Assembly: GCA_001949185.1 (NCBI GenBank)
Contig: BDGG01000011.1
Coordinates: 1,137,552-1,201,551, forward strand
Source: Ramazzottius varieornatus
Taxonomy: Eukaryota > Animalia > Tardigrada
DNA: 64,000 nt
Direction of reading: 5' to 3'
In this document: piece by piece, positions 1 to 18,506 of the stretch
How the letters are laid out: each line of letters opens with the position of its first letter
Position numbering within the stretch: the first letter of the stretch is position 1
Translations under genes and position numbers: made by a program
The notes under the pieces: generated by a model
Databases searched by the model: none
Seen by the model: the letters and a program-made list of their open reading frames with translations, nothing else
What the model was told of the DNA's origin: nothing

Positions 1-281
1 TACTAGTTCTGACCCCTTTATCCGAAGCACAAACCTCGTACTTTTTATCGTGACGAGTTTTTAAGCCAACTTCCGGTTTACGGCACGGCCTTGATTGCTT
101 CATTCTAGACTCTAACAAGGCCGTGCCAGATGGTCGTTGCCGGGTTCACCGCACTTCTCTGCGCAAAAACCTGAGGTCTTCGCATGAAAACAATCAGGAT
201 GACGAGCCAAGGGAAGAAATGCTGGTGATAAGCTCCTGGAAGATTCCATGGCGATGAAAGTAAGGTTAAGGACGAAACTTA

Positions 282-2166
282 CGCTTGAAGGGTCTTTCCT
301 GACTTCAGGGAAAGCGCTGCCAAGGGTCTCAACAACCTGACGAACCAAACTGCTGAGGAATCCAGGCTTGGCGTTGAGTTTCTCGGATGAGTAGCGAATA
401 GCTCGTCGAAGGATACGTCGCAAAACATACCTGGAAAGAAAAACCCTGAGCCCAGCCAAGTAATACGAAACTAAAATACTTGGTGATCGGAATAGTCTTG
501 TGGAAAAATCTCCTGTGGGAAACACTTCTGCCGGTCTCAATATCAATATAACTATGAAAGGCTCTTCTAGCTTAATTACCCTCTCCCGACGTTGTCAGGT
601 CTTCCACCATCGGACAAAGCGATGACTAGGGTACGAATGTGGTCGGCAACCACGCGGTAAGCCATGTCCATCTTGTCGGTATCTTCAGCGCCTACTTTTC
701 CTGTGTACGGTCTCGATCCGGTTCCCTGCAACAGGCAAGCAGTCTCCGAATTACTGAACAAGTTCAAACCATCAGGTCGTGACGAGAAGTAAAATATCAA
801 TCTTCTACATTCATTTTCTATTTTTTCATGTATAAATTTGAAAATTGTCCGCAAAACATCGCTTGAAAAACCGTCTCTAAGTACCTTTTCAATGGCGTCG
901 AAAATAGGCACGAAAATATCAGTGTCATAATTCGAGCGTTTGTTCTGAACGACAGAAACCAAACGTTCGAAGCCCATGCCTGTATCGATGTGCTTGTTGG
1001 GAAGAGACGTGAGCGATCCATCAGGTTCTCTGCAAAATAGATCGGTTAGAATCTCTCCGCACTTATGTATCATACCACGAAGCAGCAGCGACAAAGTACC
1101 TGTTGAACTGAATAAAGACTAAATTCCATATCTCCAGCACATCGGGATCGTCCTGATTGACGAGAGCGGCAGCGTCGCGGTTGCCAATGCGATCGAAGTG
1201 GATTTCCGTACACGGACCACACGGTCCTGTTTCTCCCATCTCCCAAAAGTTGTCCTTCATGCTGGAAGATATCACTCGGTTCTCCGGAAGTCTGGAAAAG
1301 ATAAAACGACATACAAGATTCGTACGGCCAAAAATCACAGAGAAACCGCTCGCTCCGACAGTTCGACAGCCTCGAGTGGTATTGTTACATCGTGCACATG
1401 CAAAGTTGCAAACAGTAAGTACTGCAGCGACGTGGAGAGTAAACCAAGCCAATCAATTTAGAGCAACTCAGTCTGGTCAATCAAGGCTTACCCAAGCTTC
1501 AGCCAAACATCTCGACATTCCACATCCGGTTCCAGTCCCAGTTCCGTTTTCCCTTCGAAGTATGTAACATACAGCCGATCCTTAGGAAGTCTGATGTACT
1601 CTGTAAGGAACTCCCAGGCCCATGTACACGCTTCTTTCTGCGGAGAAGAAAAGGCAATGATAGGGAAACGTAAACTGAGCACGCTCACACGAACTCGCGC
1701 AGTCAAGGATGTAGCGAACACATATCGACGCGCCACTACTCTCAGTACCTTGAAATAATCTCCAAAGGACCACGTCCCCAGCATCTCAAAGAACGTGTGA
1801 TGATAGACGTCCTTTCCCACATCGTCCAAGTCATTATGTTTTCCTCCAGCGCGAATACACTTCTGGCTGTTACAAGCGCGGACCAGCTTGGACATGTCGC
1901 TATTCGGAGCGACTGTGCCAAGGAAGATGGGCTTGAACTGTGAACAACAACCATTGATTGAATGATTCAGGCGGGAATTATCAGTTTGTTTTCTATGGTT
2001 TTCGAGCAGCTTTGGAACAAACCTGGTTCATTCCAGCATTTGTAAAGAGTAACGTTGGATCGTCCAGAGGGATAACTGACGAGGAATGCCAGTAAGTGTG
2101 AGCTTTACCGACGAAGAAATCGACGAAAGCTTGGCGCACATCCTTGGCATTCTTGATTTCCGGCAT
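282..2166 (-). CDS. AARS1: Alanyl-tRNA synthetase, N-terminal exons; gene continues off the left edge
   Basis: Spliced GT-AG exons (approx. 2166-2023, 1937-1749, 1638-1491, 1290-1100, 1028-884, 726-580, 430-282) give hallmark AlaRS motifs [107 protein letters not shown]. Confidence 0.96.
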
Positions 2167-2821
2167 GGCTGCGGCGTCTGTGAAACACTTCGGCCTTCCT
2201 ACTCTCAGTCCCGTAGTCTCTCCGTCAGCTAGTTCCGCGGATCGGCTGAATCCTTCGGTCAAACTCGCATCCAGCGAATATGGTTCCTGAGTTCGTTGTG
2301 AAGTCTCAAGCCTGGAAGAACACCGACGACTGACGATAACGCAGAAGACATTTCGAATAAATTTGAACCGGTCAGGACTGTCAGGTCAAGGAAGGCGTTG
2401 ATTGAAACTGTCCAGAACAGTTTGTTGATTGGCCGATGTCGCCATCGACGGCCACATGGCTAGCTTTTTAAATTTCTAGCTTTTGTAAATGGGCCAGCGC
2501 CGAGCGGCAGGGTAGATCAGTAAGGCGTGGCTACTTTAGAAAGTATGGAAGGGGAACGAAGACAAAATTATTTCCAGTTGGCCAATAAAAATTCTCGAAG
2601 ACAGGAGTTCGTTTGCGACCCGGCTGGTCGCGTATGGATATTGTTTGATTTTATGCCCCCTCCATATGATGTCATCTGGCCGCGCCTTACTGTTCCACTC
2701 TGTCGCTGGTCCAAATATTGTAGATCGATAGATTTACTGAGCTCGACAATCTAGTCGACGGCTTCCTCGATCGTCAGAGGATAACGAAATATACAAATAC
2801 AGTATGTATACGTAGTGTTGA

Positions 2822-2958
2822 AAATACTCGATGCTATCGCGCAACACGTCATTGTGCACGCGAAGTGCAGCCCCGGTCCGGTGTCACTGCCTGGAAAACC
2901 CCCTGCGGGGGTGCATCGTCACGTACGTGTACGTACTGCGCGACAGCATCGAATATTT
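2822..2958. mobile_element. Small inverted-repeat (MITE-like) element in the AARS/SMC3 divergent intergenic region
   Basis: aaatactcgatgctatcgcgca at the left end is the near-perfect reverse complement of tgcgcgacagcatcgaatattt at the right end. Confidence 0.55.
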
Positions 2959-3271
2959 ACAGTAAATTCTGTTTTTCTCCGCGCTTTCCCGTGAAGTCCT
3001 CTTGAGTCTTCCATCACATTGATGCCTGATCTCTGAACTTCCAGTTAGTATCTCGTTGGCTTGCTCTTGGATTTGTGGATTGCTGGTAGGTTAGCTCAGT
3101 AATGCCGTAGCCGGAGAGTCACAAGGCGCAAGTGCACTGCAAGCTCACTGAGTTTCCATGTTTCCGCCGTGCTGACCTGGGTGATCTCTATGTTTTCGTA
3201 GTATCTCGCCTAAGTTGCCTTTGACATCCTTCTGGACAGGCTGGATTGCGGTACTACTCCATTGTGTCTGA

Positions 3272-10081
<6,810 letters not shown>

Positions 10082-10326
10082 ACCTCGGTCTTGGTTGACG
10101 AATAATTGTTGATAGATTCATTTGGTCTCAGTTTTGTTTTAGTTTTCCTATGAAAGGTTTTTGGGAAAAATATCAAGTTTTAATTTTCCTCTTTTGGTTT
10201 TTCTCTTCCTTTTTATGAGTCGTTGTTTAAAAATCTCGCTTTTGTCGACAGAGGTTTCCATGTACGCAAAAACTCTCTTGATGTTGTGTTTTTTATTAAG
10301 CTGTCGATGTGCGGCAGTTCAGCAAA

Positions 10327-10422
10327 CAAACTCGACCAGATCGCTTTTCCAAGTGGCGCACGCTACCAACCAGTAACGTTGGAAACGTACGTCACTTGGG
10401 AAAACGAGCTCGTAGAGTTCGT
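10327..10422. repeat. Palindrome family A, 1 unit with flanks (between SMC3 and TMEM42 3' ends)
   Basis: caaactcgaccagatcgcttttccaagtggcgcacgctaccaaccag...cgtacgtcacttgggaaaacgag. Confidence 0.8.
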
Positions 10423-10727
10423 TAGCTTCCAATATTCTCCTTTCGAAACTTCCTGGGTGGAAACTGAAGGTTTCAGTTTCAGCTGCGCCAAGTACAAATA
10501 TCTAAGTAGATTCGTGTTGTTTTTTCGTCTGACAAGGAAAACAGAAGGCAAAAATGGCGCGATTTCAAGTACAAAATAAAAGATCACAATCCAGAGGAAA
10601 CTGAAACATTTAGACGATACGAAGTACTAAGGTTTATTGTAACCCATAAAAGCAACAGAACAAGGAAAGCACGTGCCGGAAAGTAGATCATCGCCATGTG
10701 AAAAACGGGAAGTCGTGCGTTCTATTT

Positions 10728-11454
10728 TTACTTCCGCTTCTTTTCGATCGACTCTTTTACCGTTGCGTCTTCTGCTGATTGCTCGTTTTCTTGGTTGCCC
10801 GTGTTGATCAGCACCACTCCTAGCAGCATCAGCAGCATGCCAAAGACACTGCTCGATGTGATGTCGTCTCCGAAGAGGAGCAACCCAAACACCGCGGAAC
10901 TGATGAAGTTACAGGCCGTGTTAATGGCCAGAGCCTGGAGTGAGTTACCTATGAAGAAGAAAAATGTGCAGAAGAGAAGAAGGTCAGTGTACGGCAAACA
11001 AAAGCTCGGCAAACCCGACAAGATTGGTTCCCCAAGCGACGCACGCTTCCGGCCAACTACACTGGAAAAGTGCGCTACGTGGAAAAACAATCTAGCCGAC
11101 TTTCTGTACCCGCACGGCGCGAGCTTACAGTGTTATTGGCTGGAAGCGTGCGCCGCTTGGGGAAACACTCTTGCGGAGTTGGTTTGCCAAGGTTCCAAAA
11201 TTACCAGAGAGGCGCAGAGCTCTGGTGTAGAATATCCACATGACGGCGTTGAGCAGAACGGTGCTGAGGATGAAGATGGTGCGGAAGAAGACGGTCAGGA
11301 CGGACGATGGGACGTTCAGCATGAAAGGCAGCGGAGCTACGAACGACGGTAAGTTTCCCAAGGCGAACTTACCAGCGACGGAAGCCAAGGCACCAGCAAG
11401 TCCAGCTGTGGCGGACAAGGTAAGGTATGACGAGTTGATGGGCGACATCTTCAT
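10728..11454 (-). CDS. TMEM42: TMEM42-like small multi-pass (DMT/EamA-fold) membrane protein, 2 exons
   Basis: Exon 1 gives AGLAGALASVAGKFA...LLNAVMWIFYTRALRLS. Exon 2 gives NSLQALAINTACNFISSAVFGLLLFGD...GMLLMLLGVVLI. About 4 hydrophobic helices, with the NxxMW.F..AL and NF..SA..G..LFG(E/D) patterns typical of TMEM42. Confidence 0.8.
11010..11185. repeat. Palindrome family A, 2 units in opposite orientation (TMEM42 intron)
   Basis: The loop reads ccggccaactacactgg in unit 1 and acagtgttattggctgg (reverse complement type) in unit 2. Confidence 0.85.
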
Positions 11455-11654
11455 TCGGGATGGTCCGTCCCTCCACGTTCAGCGACTCGTCTCCGACCTC
11501 TAAGATAAGAATATCACCTCAGCAACTGTTTGACGGAACGAGAGGGTCCACGCTCAAAAGAGGGAATGGCGTCCGGACGTTTTATCGACTCTTGTGTTGA
11601 CGTTCGATAAGGCAATCAGCAATCAATATATAACTAGCTAGTGGTCCTGATCTA

Positions 11655-12796
11655 GAGCACGGAATCTGGCCGCGTGTACTATACTGTACTGTAGCTGTGC
11701 TGTACTGCGGCATAGCTGCAGTGCGGAAATTGACGAAATGGTGCAGCACAGCACAGAATGCAGCAGGAAGCCGAAGACTGCCGCACGGATCCGCGTACCA
11801 AAACTTAACAAAAATTGGTACTTTTGGGTATTCGAGTTTTAGGCATCTGAGTTTTGCCGTACCGTATGGCCACGTTTTCCCGGTGGACTACCCATTTTGG
11901 CGACAATACTATAACATAAGTCAGTTCATCGGCGTGCAGCGCAGTTGCAACAGGTCCATGTGCAACTGCAGCGCAGCTGCCTAGCCACTGGGTATGAAAG
12001 TTGTGCAGCACAGCACAGCGTACAGCGACCTGGTAGCGTGCGCGGCACAGTTGCTGCGTAATTTGGAACCTGCGGCCCAGTGCTCTACCACACGGCTCAT
12101 TCAGTTGGAGCATTACTTTTCAGTAGGGTGTTTGCGATAAAGCCATGACTGAACCTTCTGATCAGCACTCCAAANNNNNNNNNNNNNNNNNNNNNNNNNN
12201 NNNNNNNNNNNNNNNNNNNNNNNNNNNNNNNNNNNNNNNNNNNNNNNNNNNNNNNNNNNNNNNNNNNNNNNNNNNNNNNNNNNNNNNNNNNNNNNNNNNN
12301 NNNNNNNNNNNNNNNNNNNNNNNNNNNNNNNNNNNNNNNNNNNNNNNNNNNNNNNNNNNNNNNNNNNNNNNNNNNNNNNNNNNNNNNNNNNNNNNNNNNN
12401 NNNNNNNNNNNNNNNNNNNNNNNNNNNNNNNNNNNNNNNNNNNNNNNNNNNNNCATGCCCAGTGGCTAAGCAGCTGTGCTGTAGATGCACGTTGTCCTGG
12501 TGCAACTGCGCGGAACGCCAATGTATTGACGTGGTTTGTAATTCAGTCAGCGAAATCGGTACTCAACCTGGAGAACGTTGCCCTAAAGTACGGCAAAGCT
12601 GAGACGGCTGATGTTCGAATGCCCAAAAACTGTAATTCTTGTTAGGTTTCGGTAGGTGCATCTGTGCGGTAGTCTATGGCTTTCTGCTGTATGCTATGCT
12701 GTGCCGCACAAATTTCGTCAGTTAACGTGCTGCAACTGTGCTGCAGCACAGCACAGCTGCAGTACAGTGCAGCGCATGCGGCCAGATTCTGTGCTC
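11655..12796. mobile_element. Foldback / long-TIR element flanked by TA, spanning an assembly gap
   Basis: TA-GAGCACGGAATCTGGCCGC...GCGGCCAGATTCTGTGCTC-TA. At least ~340 bp of colinear imperfect arms (11655-11996 vs 12454-12796). Confidence 0.8.
12175..12453. other. Assembly gap (N run)
   Basis: Run of N bases. ORFs crossing it are artefacts. Confidence 1.
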
Positions 12797-13498
12797 TAAC
12801 ACGGTCACACACCTCCATGGCTTATTGACATGGCCACGTGATGGGTTCGACGCCTGTTTGCGATGGGGGGTTCGCGTTCCTCCTTATCGACCTCGATTCA
12901 CTGTGAGGCTGCAGTACCACGCCGTTTGCAAACAACGGCGTGCCAAAATGGAGACTGACTCATCAGTCGCCGTAGACAGAGGATAAACACCCATCAACAT
13001 TTGCATCGAAGGTCGTAAAACCAAGTCATAAGCTAACTTTTTACGAGCCATAAATTGCAGAAATACTCTGATCCGCATTGCGGAAGGCATTATTCTCAGA
13101 TTTCAGGGCTCTAAAACATCCAAAAAATGCTTACCGGTGTAATGGCTTGCTCGTGAGAGTCCGACGGAAAAGTTTGTTCAATTGATTTTATTCATTTATT
13201 CGTTGGTTGCATGGCGGTGACGTAACGAACATTCGCTCCGCCTCGATATTGGCGTAATACAATCAATCAACCGTTTAAGCCTGTGTCTCACTCTCTGGCA
13301 AAGGCGACGTTCAGCAACTCATCAGTGCCTCGATTATGTAAATTTAAACAAGTATCCGATATTTCGAAGCGTTTTTTCTGCCAACGTTTCGGAATCTGAG
13401 TATACCACATAGCAGCAAACACTCGCTGTCTAATAACGAAGACGTCGTAGACTGGTGAATCACAGAAAAAAGTATACAGTAGAAGGTGCACAAAAATG

Positions 13499-13570
13499 CA
13501 CCCCAGGTGGGGATCGAACCCACGGCCTTCGGTTTAGGAGACCGACGCGCTGCCACTGCGCTACAGGGGC
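13499..13570 (-). tRNA. tRNA-Arg(CCT)
   Basis: GCCCCTG TAGCGCAGTGGCAGCGCG TCGGT-CT-CCT-AA-ACCGA AGGCC GTGGG-TTCGATC-CCCAC CTGGGGT G. Cloverleaf with A and B boxes, a T5 Pol III terminator just downstream (13492-13496) and one U-U mismatch in the acceptor stem. Confidence 0.93.
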
Positions 13571-13919
13571 TAATGTTACTCAATGAGACTAAATTTATTC
13601 TACATAAGATATCCCGCAGTCTTCCCGCGTCCTGCTGTCTTTCCTACATTGATTTCGCGTCTGTTCATAGAATTCCGCACAAACATCGGTTTCTTCCTCG
13701 TTGGCTCGACAAATATTAGGTACCACCCAGGACAGTCAGCTCATTCGGCTGCCGCTGGTACGGTAGGTCTTCCTGTTGATAGCGAAAGGTCCCGATTTGT
13801 ATTATTTTATGGAAAGAGCATTCGTACTTGAACTGATCTTTGATGTCTTTTCTTATGTTGCTCTGCTCAGTCTGCTTACTATTGGATCCTGACATTACTA
13901 GCAGAGATTGATTTTGACC

Positions 13920-15362
13920 ATGGATGCCAGTGGTCTCTGCGACTTTGACCTGCGCACAGTCTCATGGGAAGACCATCCCGTTCTTCGAGCCATCGAAACC
14001 AACCGCATCTCATCGCTTCGACGCATGATCAAAACCCAAGGGTTCAAGAAACTGGGTACTACCAGTGTTCACCACGCGCGGACCTTGAAGGGCGAATCCT
14101 GCTTGACGTATGCTCTTTCCAAATCTACTTCCTTCAAAGACCCGAAACTGTTCCTTGAACTCATTAATCTACTCGTGGGCAAATTTTGTGCTGACCCGAA
14201 CATACGGGACCGTCATGGATCTGGTTTGTCCTACGCCGTCCTTCACAGCCTGGATCTCGAAGTGATCAAACTGTTGCTGCCTGCGCAGACCAAGCAACCG
14301 GAAGTCGAAGACGTCTTTTCACTTCCGCTGTTGTATGCTTCGGCTGTGAATCGGCACGACATCGCCAAACTGATTTTGTCCAAAGCTCAGCCTCAGACCG
14401 TTGACCCTCTGTGTAAATTCATTTCCCTGAACGATACCGTCTTCACTCCGCGCCTCGACCACCTCGATATTCCCTACATGTTGGAAGGATCCCCCAAACG
14501 TTACACACCTTTCACAGATTCACCTGTTAATGGAACGCTGGTTAACGGAATTCGCTTTCGCTTGTCACCCTCATCACCAAGTTGCAGCAGTGGAGCTGTC
14601 AGTCCTTTGGCCAACATTCGCAATCCTAGTGTTAGTTTAGCCAGCAGCGAAAACAGCGAAAACAGCAAACCTTCCTCCCTGCACACAAGAGCAGGCTTGA
14701 ACAATGAACTGACTGGCCATCGAAGCATTCGGAGAATTTCCAGCGGGTTGTTCGAAACAGAATTGAGCAGCAATACAGCGGTGACCTTCATGGTACCACT
14801 GGCTCAGCTCGCCTTTAACCTTTCTGTATATATTGAAGCTGGCTCGAGCCACTCCCACTCGTATAGATTACCTGAGCCTTTCACGGACGAAAGGCATGCA
14901 ATACCATCTGAAGGTTCGATAATAATTGACTCGGCTCTGCGTGACGGTATAGAACAAGGTGTTGATGATGACGATGAAAAGGCCGAGATAATGGTGGGTA
15001 TTGAAGCCTCAACCCGCCGGAAATCTTCTGCACCTATCCTTATTAAATCGCGTTCGGTGGAGGCTGCCATGAATAGTCGGAAGCCTCAGAAGGCCTCTGC
15101 TGATCAGTTGTCCTTCTGCGTGATGCCGCGGGATGTCCGGAAGAACGCACTGCAATCCAGTCACCTGATTGAGCGACAGGGTTCCGCTCCGCAGTTGATG
15201 CTGAAAAGGAAGCCGAAAGGTCTCGATGATGACGGCTCCTTGGGCAGTAGTCCCATGGGTAGTCCCGTGACGGGATTAAGCCGCTGTGGCACGAGACAAC
15301 AGATCTTAACAAACGCCTCGTCGCTAAAACATTCCGGCTTGACGCACTACATGCAAGATTAA
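13920..15362 (+). CDS. Intronless ankyrin-repeat protein with disordered Ser-rich C-terminus
   Basis: 480-aa ORF with ankyrin-like units GESCLTYA, CADPNIRDRHGSGLSYAV..LEVIKLLL and LPLLYASAVNRHDIAKLIL. The architecture resembles ANKRD34-type genes but orthology is not assigned. Confidence 0.75.
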   Translation: MDASGLCDFDLRTVSWEDHPVLRAIETNRISSLRRMIKTQGFKKLGTTSVHHARTLKGESCLTYALSKSTSFKDPKLFLELINLLVGKFCADPNIRDRHGSGLSYAVLHSLDLEVIKLLLPAQTKQPEVEDVFSLPLLYASAVNRHDIAKLILSKAQPQTVDPLCKFISLNDTVFTPRLDHLDIPYMLEGSPKRYTPFTDSPVNGTLVNGIRFRLSPSSPSCSSGAVSPLANIRNPSVSLASSENSENSKPSSLHTRAGLNNELTGHRSIRRISSGLFETELSSNTAVTFMVPLAQLAFNLSVYIEAGSSHSHSYRLPEPFTDERHAIPSEGSIIIDSALRDGIEQGVDDDDEKAEIMVGIEASTRRKSSAPILIKSRSVEAAMNSRKPQKASADQLSFCVMPRDVRKNALQSSHLIERQGSAPQLMLKRKPKGLDDDGSLGSSPMGSPVTGLSRCGTRQQILTNASSLKHSGLTHYMQD

Positions 15363-15783
15363 TCCGCCCCCCAAGCAGTTGACCGCGGCTGACTATAGCT
15401 ATTACGTCACATTTATCATGTCACAGTTATTTGTGCCATTACAATCCGTCTCATCATTTGAACAAATGTAACCATGGACAACTGGACACAAGGCGTGTCT
15501 TCCCATCGGCTGTCTCAAACTGTCGAGAACTTTAATGGATAAACCGAACACATACCTGGATTCTCAGCCGACTGCATTCGGTTCAAACACAAGAGAACAC
15601 GTGACATATCTAATCTGCACTTCTTGTTATCTCTTGCTTGTACATAAACTGTCGGCTGTCTTTAAGAATATCGTCTTGGTTTTCATCGTTTGCGCTATGT
15701 ACGATATGTAGCAATAATTCCACTTCTGAAAGAGGAGTATTTTGAATACTTGATATAATCTCCTTTCACTACCAGAGTTTTCC

Positions 15784-17846
15784 ATGTTAGGGATGGATGA
15801 AAAACCAGAAACAGAACTTACTCAGATTTTACGATTACCCATAATTCGAATAGATCCTGCAACGGAAGACTTATCCGATCCCGACCACAGTCGAGAGCAT
15901 GACGACTCCCATCATGAGTATCTTCTCAAAGTTGTCGCCCACGCACCCATGTCCAAGAAGCGTCGTCGTCAGCTGGAGAACGCCGTCAACCGTCTACCGG
16001 AACTCCATGTATCTCCCAAGTTTTACGCGGTCTTCCGCCTGGCACCCATCACCATCATGGTGGCGCTGTGCTTTGGCATGTTCAATACGTTCCAACGCGA
16101 GCTCATTAAGCGTCAAGTAGGTATGTTGACTGAGGCTTTTTTGTCGTGATCTCAAACTGATAATTACGTAATACTGCACTGGATGCCATACATTGACCTA
16201 CAGCTAAGATTTGCTCCATCTTTCGTCCAGGTCTGTGAAACCCTACTGAATTCCACCAGCACCATCGACTGCAACCGTTTCAATGATTCTCAACACAAAG
16301 ACCTTGGAGACCAGATCAAGAGCCAAACTGCGCGGTATCAACTGTATATTGACATTATTGCCAGTGTGCCGCCTATTTTCCTTGCTCCTTTTGTCGGTAA
16401 GCAAAATTTAGCATGGGTATATAAGTGAAGCACACGACTAGGTCTTTCAATATGACAATTTTATGTAGGTTCTTGGAGTGATATTTTCGGCCGGAAGTTA
16501 CCGATGGTCATTCCGCTGCTAGGCATGGGCGCCGCGGCTGTCTACGTGTCCGTCCTGGCCAATTTCAAATTTCATCCGGATCTCATCCTGCTGCAGCCTG
16601 TAGTACCTGCCCTGACTGGAGGCTTCGGAATCTTGCTCATGGCCATGTATAGCTTTGTCGGGGACTACAGTACAGATAAGGTAGAATAACGGCGACTACA
16701 GTCTGCAGAATCACCGGTCTTCCGCCTGTAGTCTGAAACAAGCCTGTCGTACGAGAACGTTACAATAAATCAATACGTCAAAATTCATGGTAATGAACTG
16801 ATAATTGGGAAGTCGGCAGAAGAAACATGCAGGATCGTTATCATAGTTGGCGCACTTTTGTATTGTTATTGGTTGAAAGCGTGCGCCACCTGAGGTCACG
16901 TCTCGTTGGCCGCCCTTCAAATTGTCAGCAAGGCAGAATTTCTGATTCGTTTCTGGATCTGCAGACTCGCATTGTAAACTTGGCCGTACTGGAGGGCCTG
17001 ATGGACATTTTCTGCAACCTGGGCGCATTCGTCGGCAGCCAAGCTTATCGCAGCTTCGGCATCGCCGCACCCTTCTATATTTGCAGCTTTCTCTTTATCT
17101 CCGCGGGCTTCTATGCAGTTCAAGTCGTCCACGACGGCGACCACCAGCAGCAGGTCAAGAAGTTGTCGACCCTCTTCTCCGCCAAGAACTTTCTCGATAG
17201 CTTCCACACCCTCCGCAAGCCTCGTCTGGGCAACACCCGCTGTCACCTCTTTATTCTTCTTTCCTGCCATCTGCTCACCATGACCGTCCTACAAGCCGAC
17301 TCGAGCGTACTGCAACTCCTCCTCCAGTTTTCTCCTTTCAACTGGCCCGTCACAAAATTCGCCATCTTCAGTTCATTGTCGGGTCTCCTGGCAGCCGTCA
17401 GCACCATCACCGCCACATTACTCCTTCGGAAGTTGCTTCATCTCCCTGATGTCGTCATCTGCCTTCTGGCTTCTTTTTCAATCATCGCCTACTACGGAGG
17501 ATTCGGTTTGGCCTTCCAAGACTGGATGGTCTACACTGCGGGAACTTTGGGGCTACTTCGGGGAGCTGTCTTGCCATGTACTGCCTCGATGCTGGCTGGG
17601 ATGGTCCAGCCGAACGAAATCGGCAAGATTTTGTCGCTTAGTTCCTCCTTGACTTCAGCGACACCGTTGTGCGCCTCCTTAATTTTCACCACGATTTTCG
17701 CGGCAACGGGTAGTTGGTGGCCTGGTCTGTCTTTTCTGGTAGCGGCTTGCATGATAGTACCAGTAACTGTAGCATTGTTCATTGTCTTCCTTGTCCGAAG
17801 ACGAACGCTTTATCAAAGCGAAGCTATACCGACTTCGCCAACATAA
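15784..17846 (+). CDS. SLC46/PCFT-like MFS transporter, paralog A (4 coding exons)
   Basis: Exons approx. 15784-16116, 16231-16396, 16469-16680, 16964-17846. Motif GSWSDIFGRKLPM, SFVGDYST, R..LAVLEG, EIGKILS and about 12 TM segments. Confidence 0.88.
16843..16892. repeat. Palindrome family A, 1 unit (SLC46-A intron 3)
   Basis: agttggcgcacttttgtattgttattggttgaaagcgtgcgccacct. Confidence 0.75.
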
Positions 17847-18076
17847 ACTGTAAATTCCATGAAGTCTAACCGATGGCCATTCTGCAGTAGCTGAACACAA
17901 GTCATCCCAATCAAGGCGTAAAAAGGCAAAGCAATTCCAGCCGACCAGATCGAACTGATCCATCCAAGCCGACCGGTCGCAAGTTCTTCACCAGCTTCCG
18001 TTGATTTTTGATCGAAGACAAAACGACGCTTTTTGTTCGACTGTCATCGTCCGAATCCAGATTTCAGAAAGCTATA

Positions 18077-18230
18077 CTGTAGTGCTACCAAATTATCACG
18101 CACTGAACCACGTGATGAGTCATCGCTGCCCAGTCTGATCAGAGGTTATTAATTTAGCCACGCTGGCTCTCACCCGGGCATCATTTTCTGTTCACGTGGT
18201 TGAGTGCGCGATAATTTGGTAGCACTACAG
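18077..18230. mobile_element. Tc1/mariner-type MITE
   Basis: TIR CTGTAGTGCTACCAAATTATC...GATAATTTGGTAGCACTACAG, flanked by TA on both sides. Confidence 0.85.
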
Positions 18231-18506
18231 TAGTTTTTTGCTGATTTCTGAGTTTCTCATCGCGCTTGTCCGTTCAAGCCTACGGATCGTGGAAGTAATG
18301 ACTTTGAGTACTGTACTGGTCCGATTCATCATCGTGTAATCTGTCGTTACAGGGCAATTGTTTCGAGATAATAAGGCACGCTTCCCTCGTTTCATTGCTT
18401 TGCTGTTTACCTAGGGTGGGTCTTGACAGCCAATTCTTTTCACCGATAACGTGCTCGCCGGTATTTACCAACTAATGTTCTATGCAGCGTAGCTCCAACA
18501 CTGGCC

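Noticed and set aside
112-281. Continuation of ORF 112..546 as AlaRS coding sequence
   Set aside because: Similarity ends at the donor near 282 (KDPSS|gtaag) and the rest reads as intron.
12097-12645. ORFs containing X runs
   Set aside because: Artefacts of the N gap.
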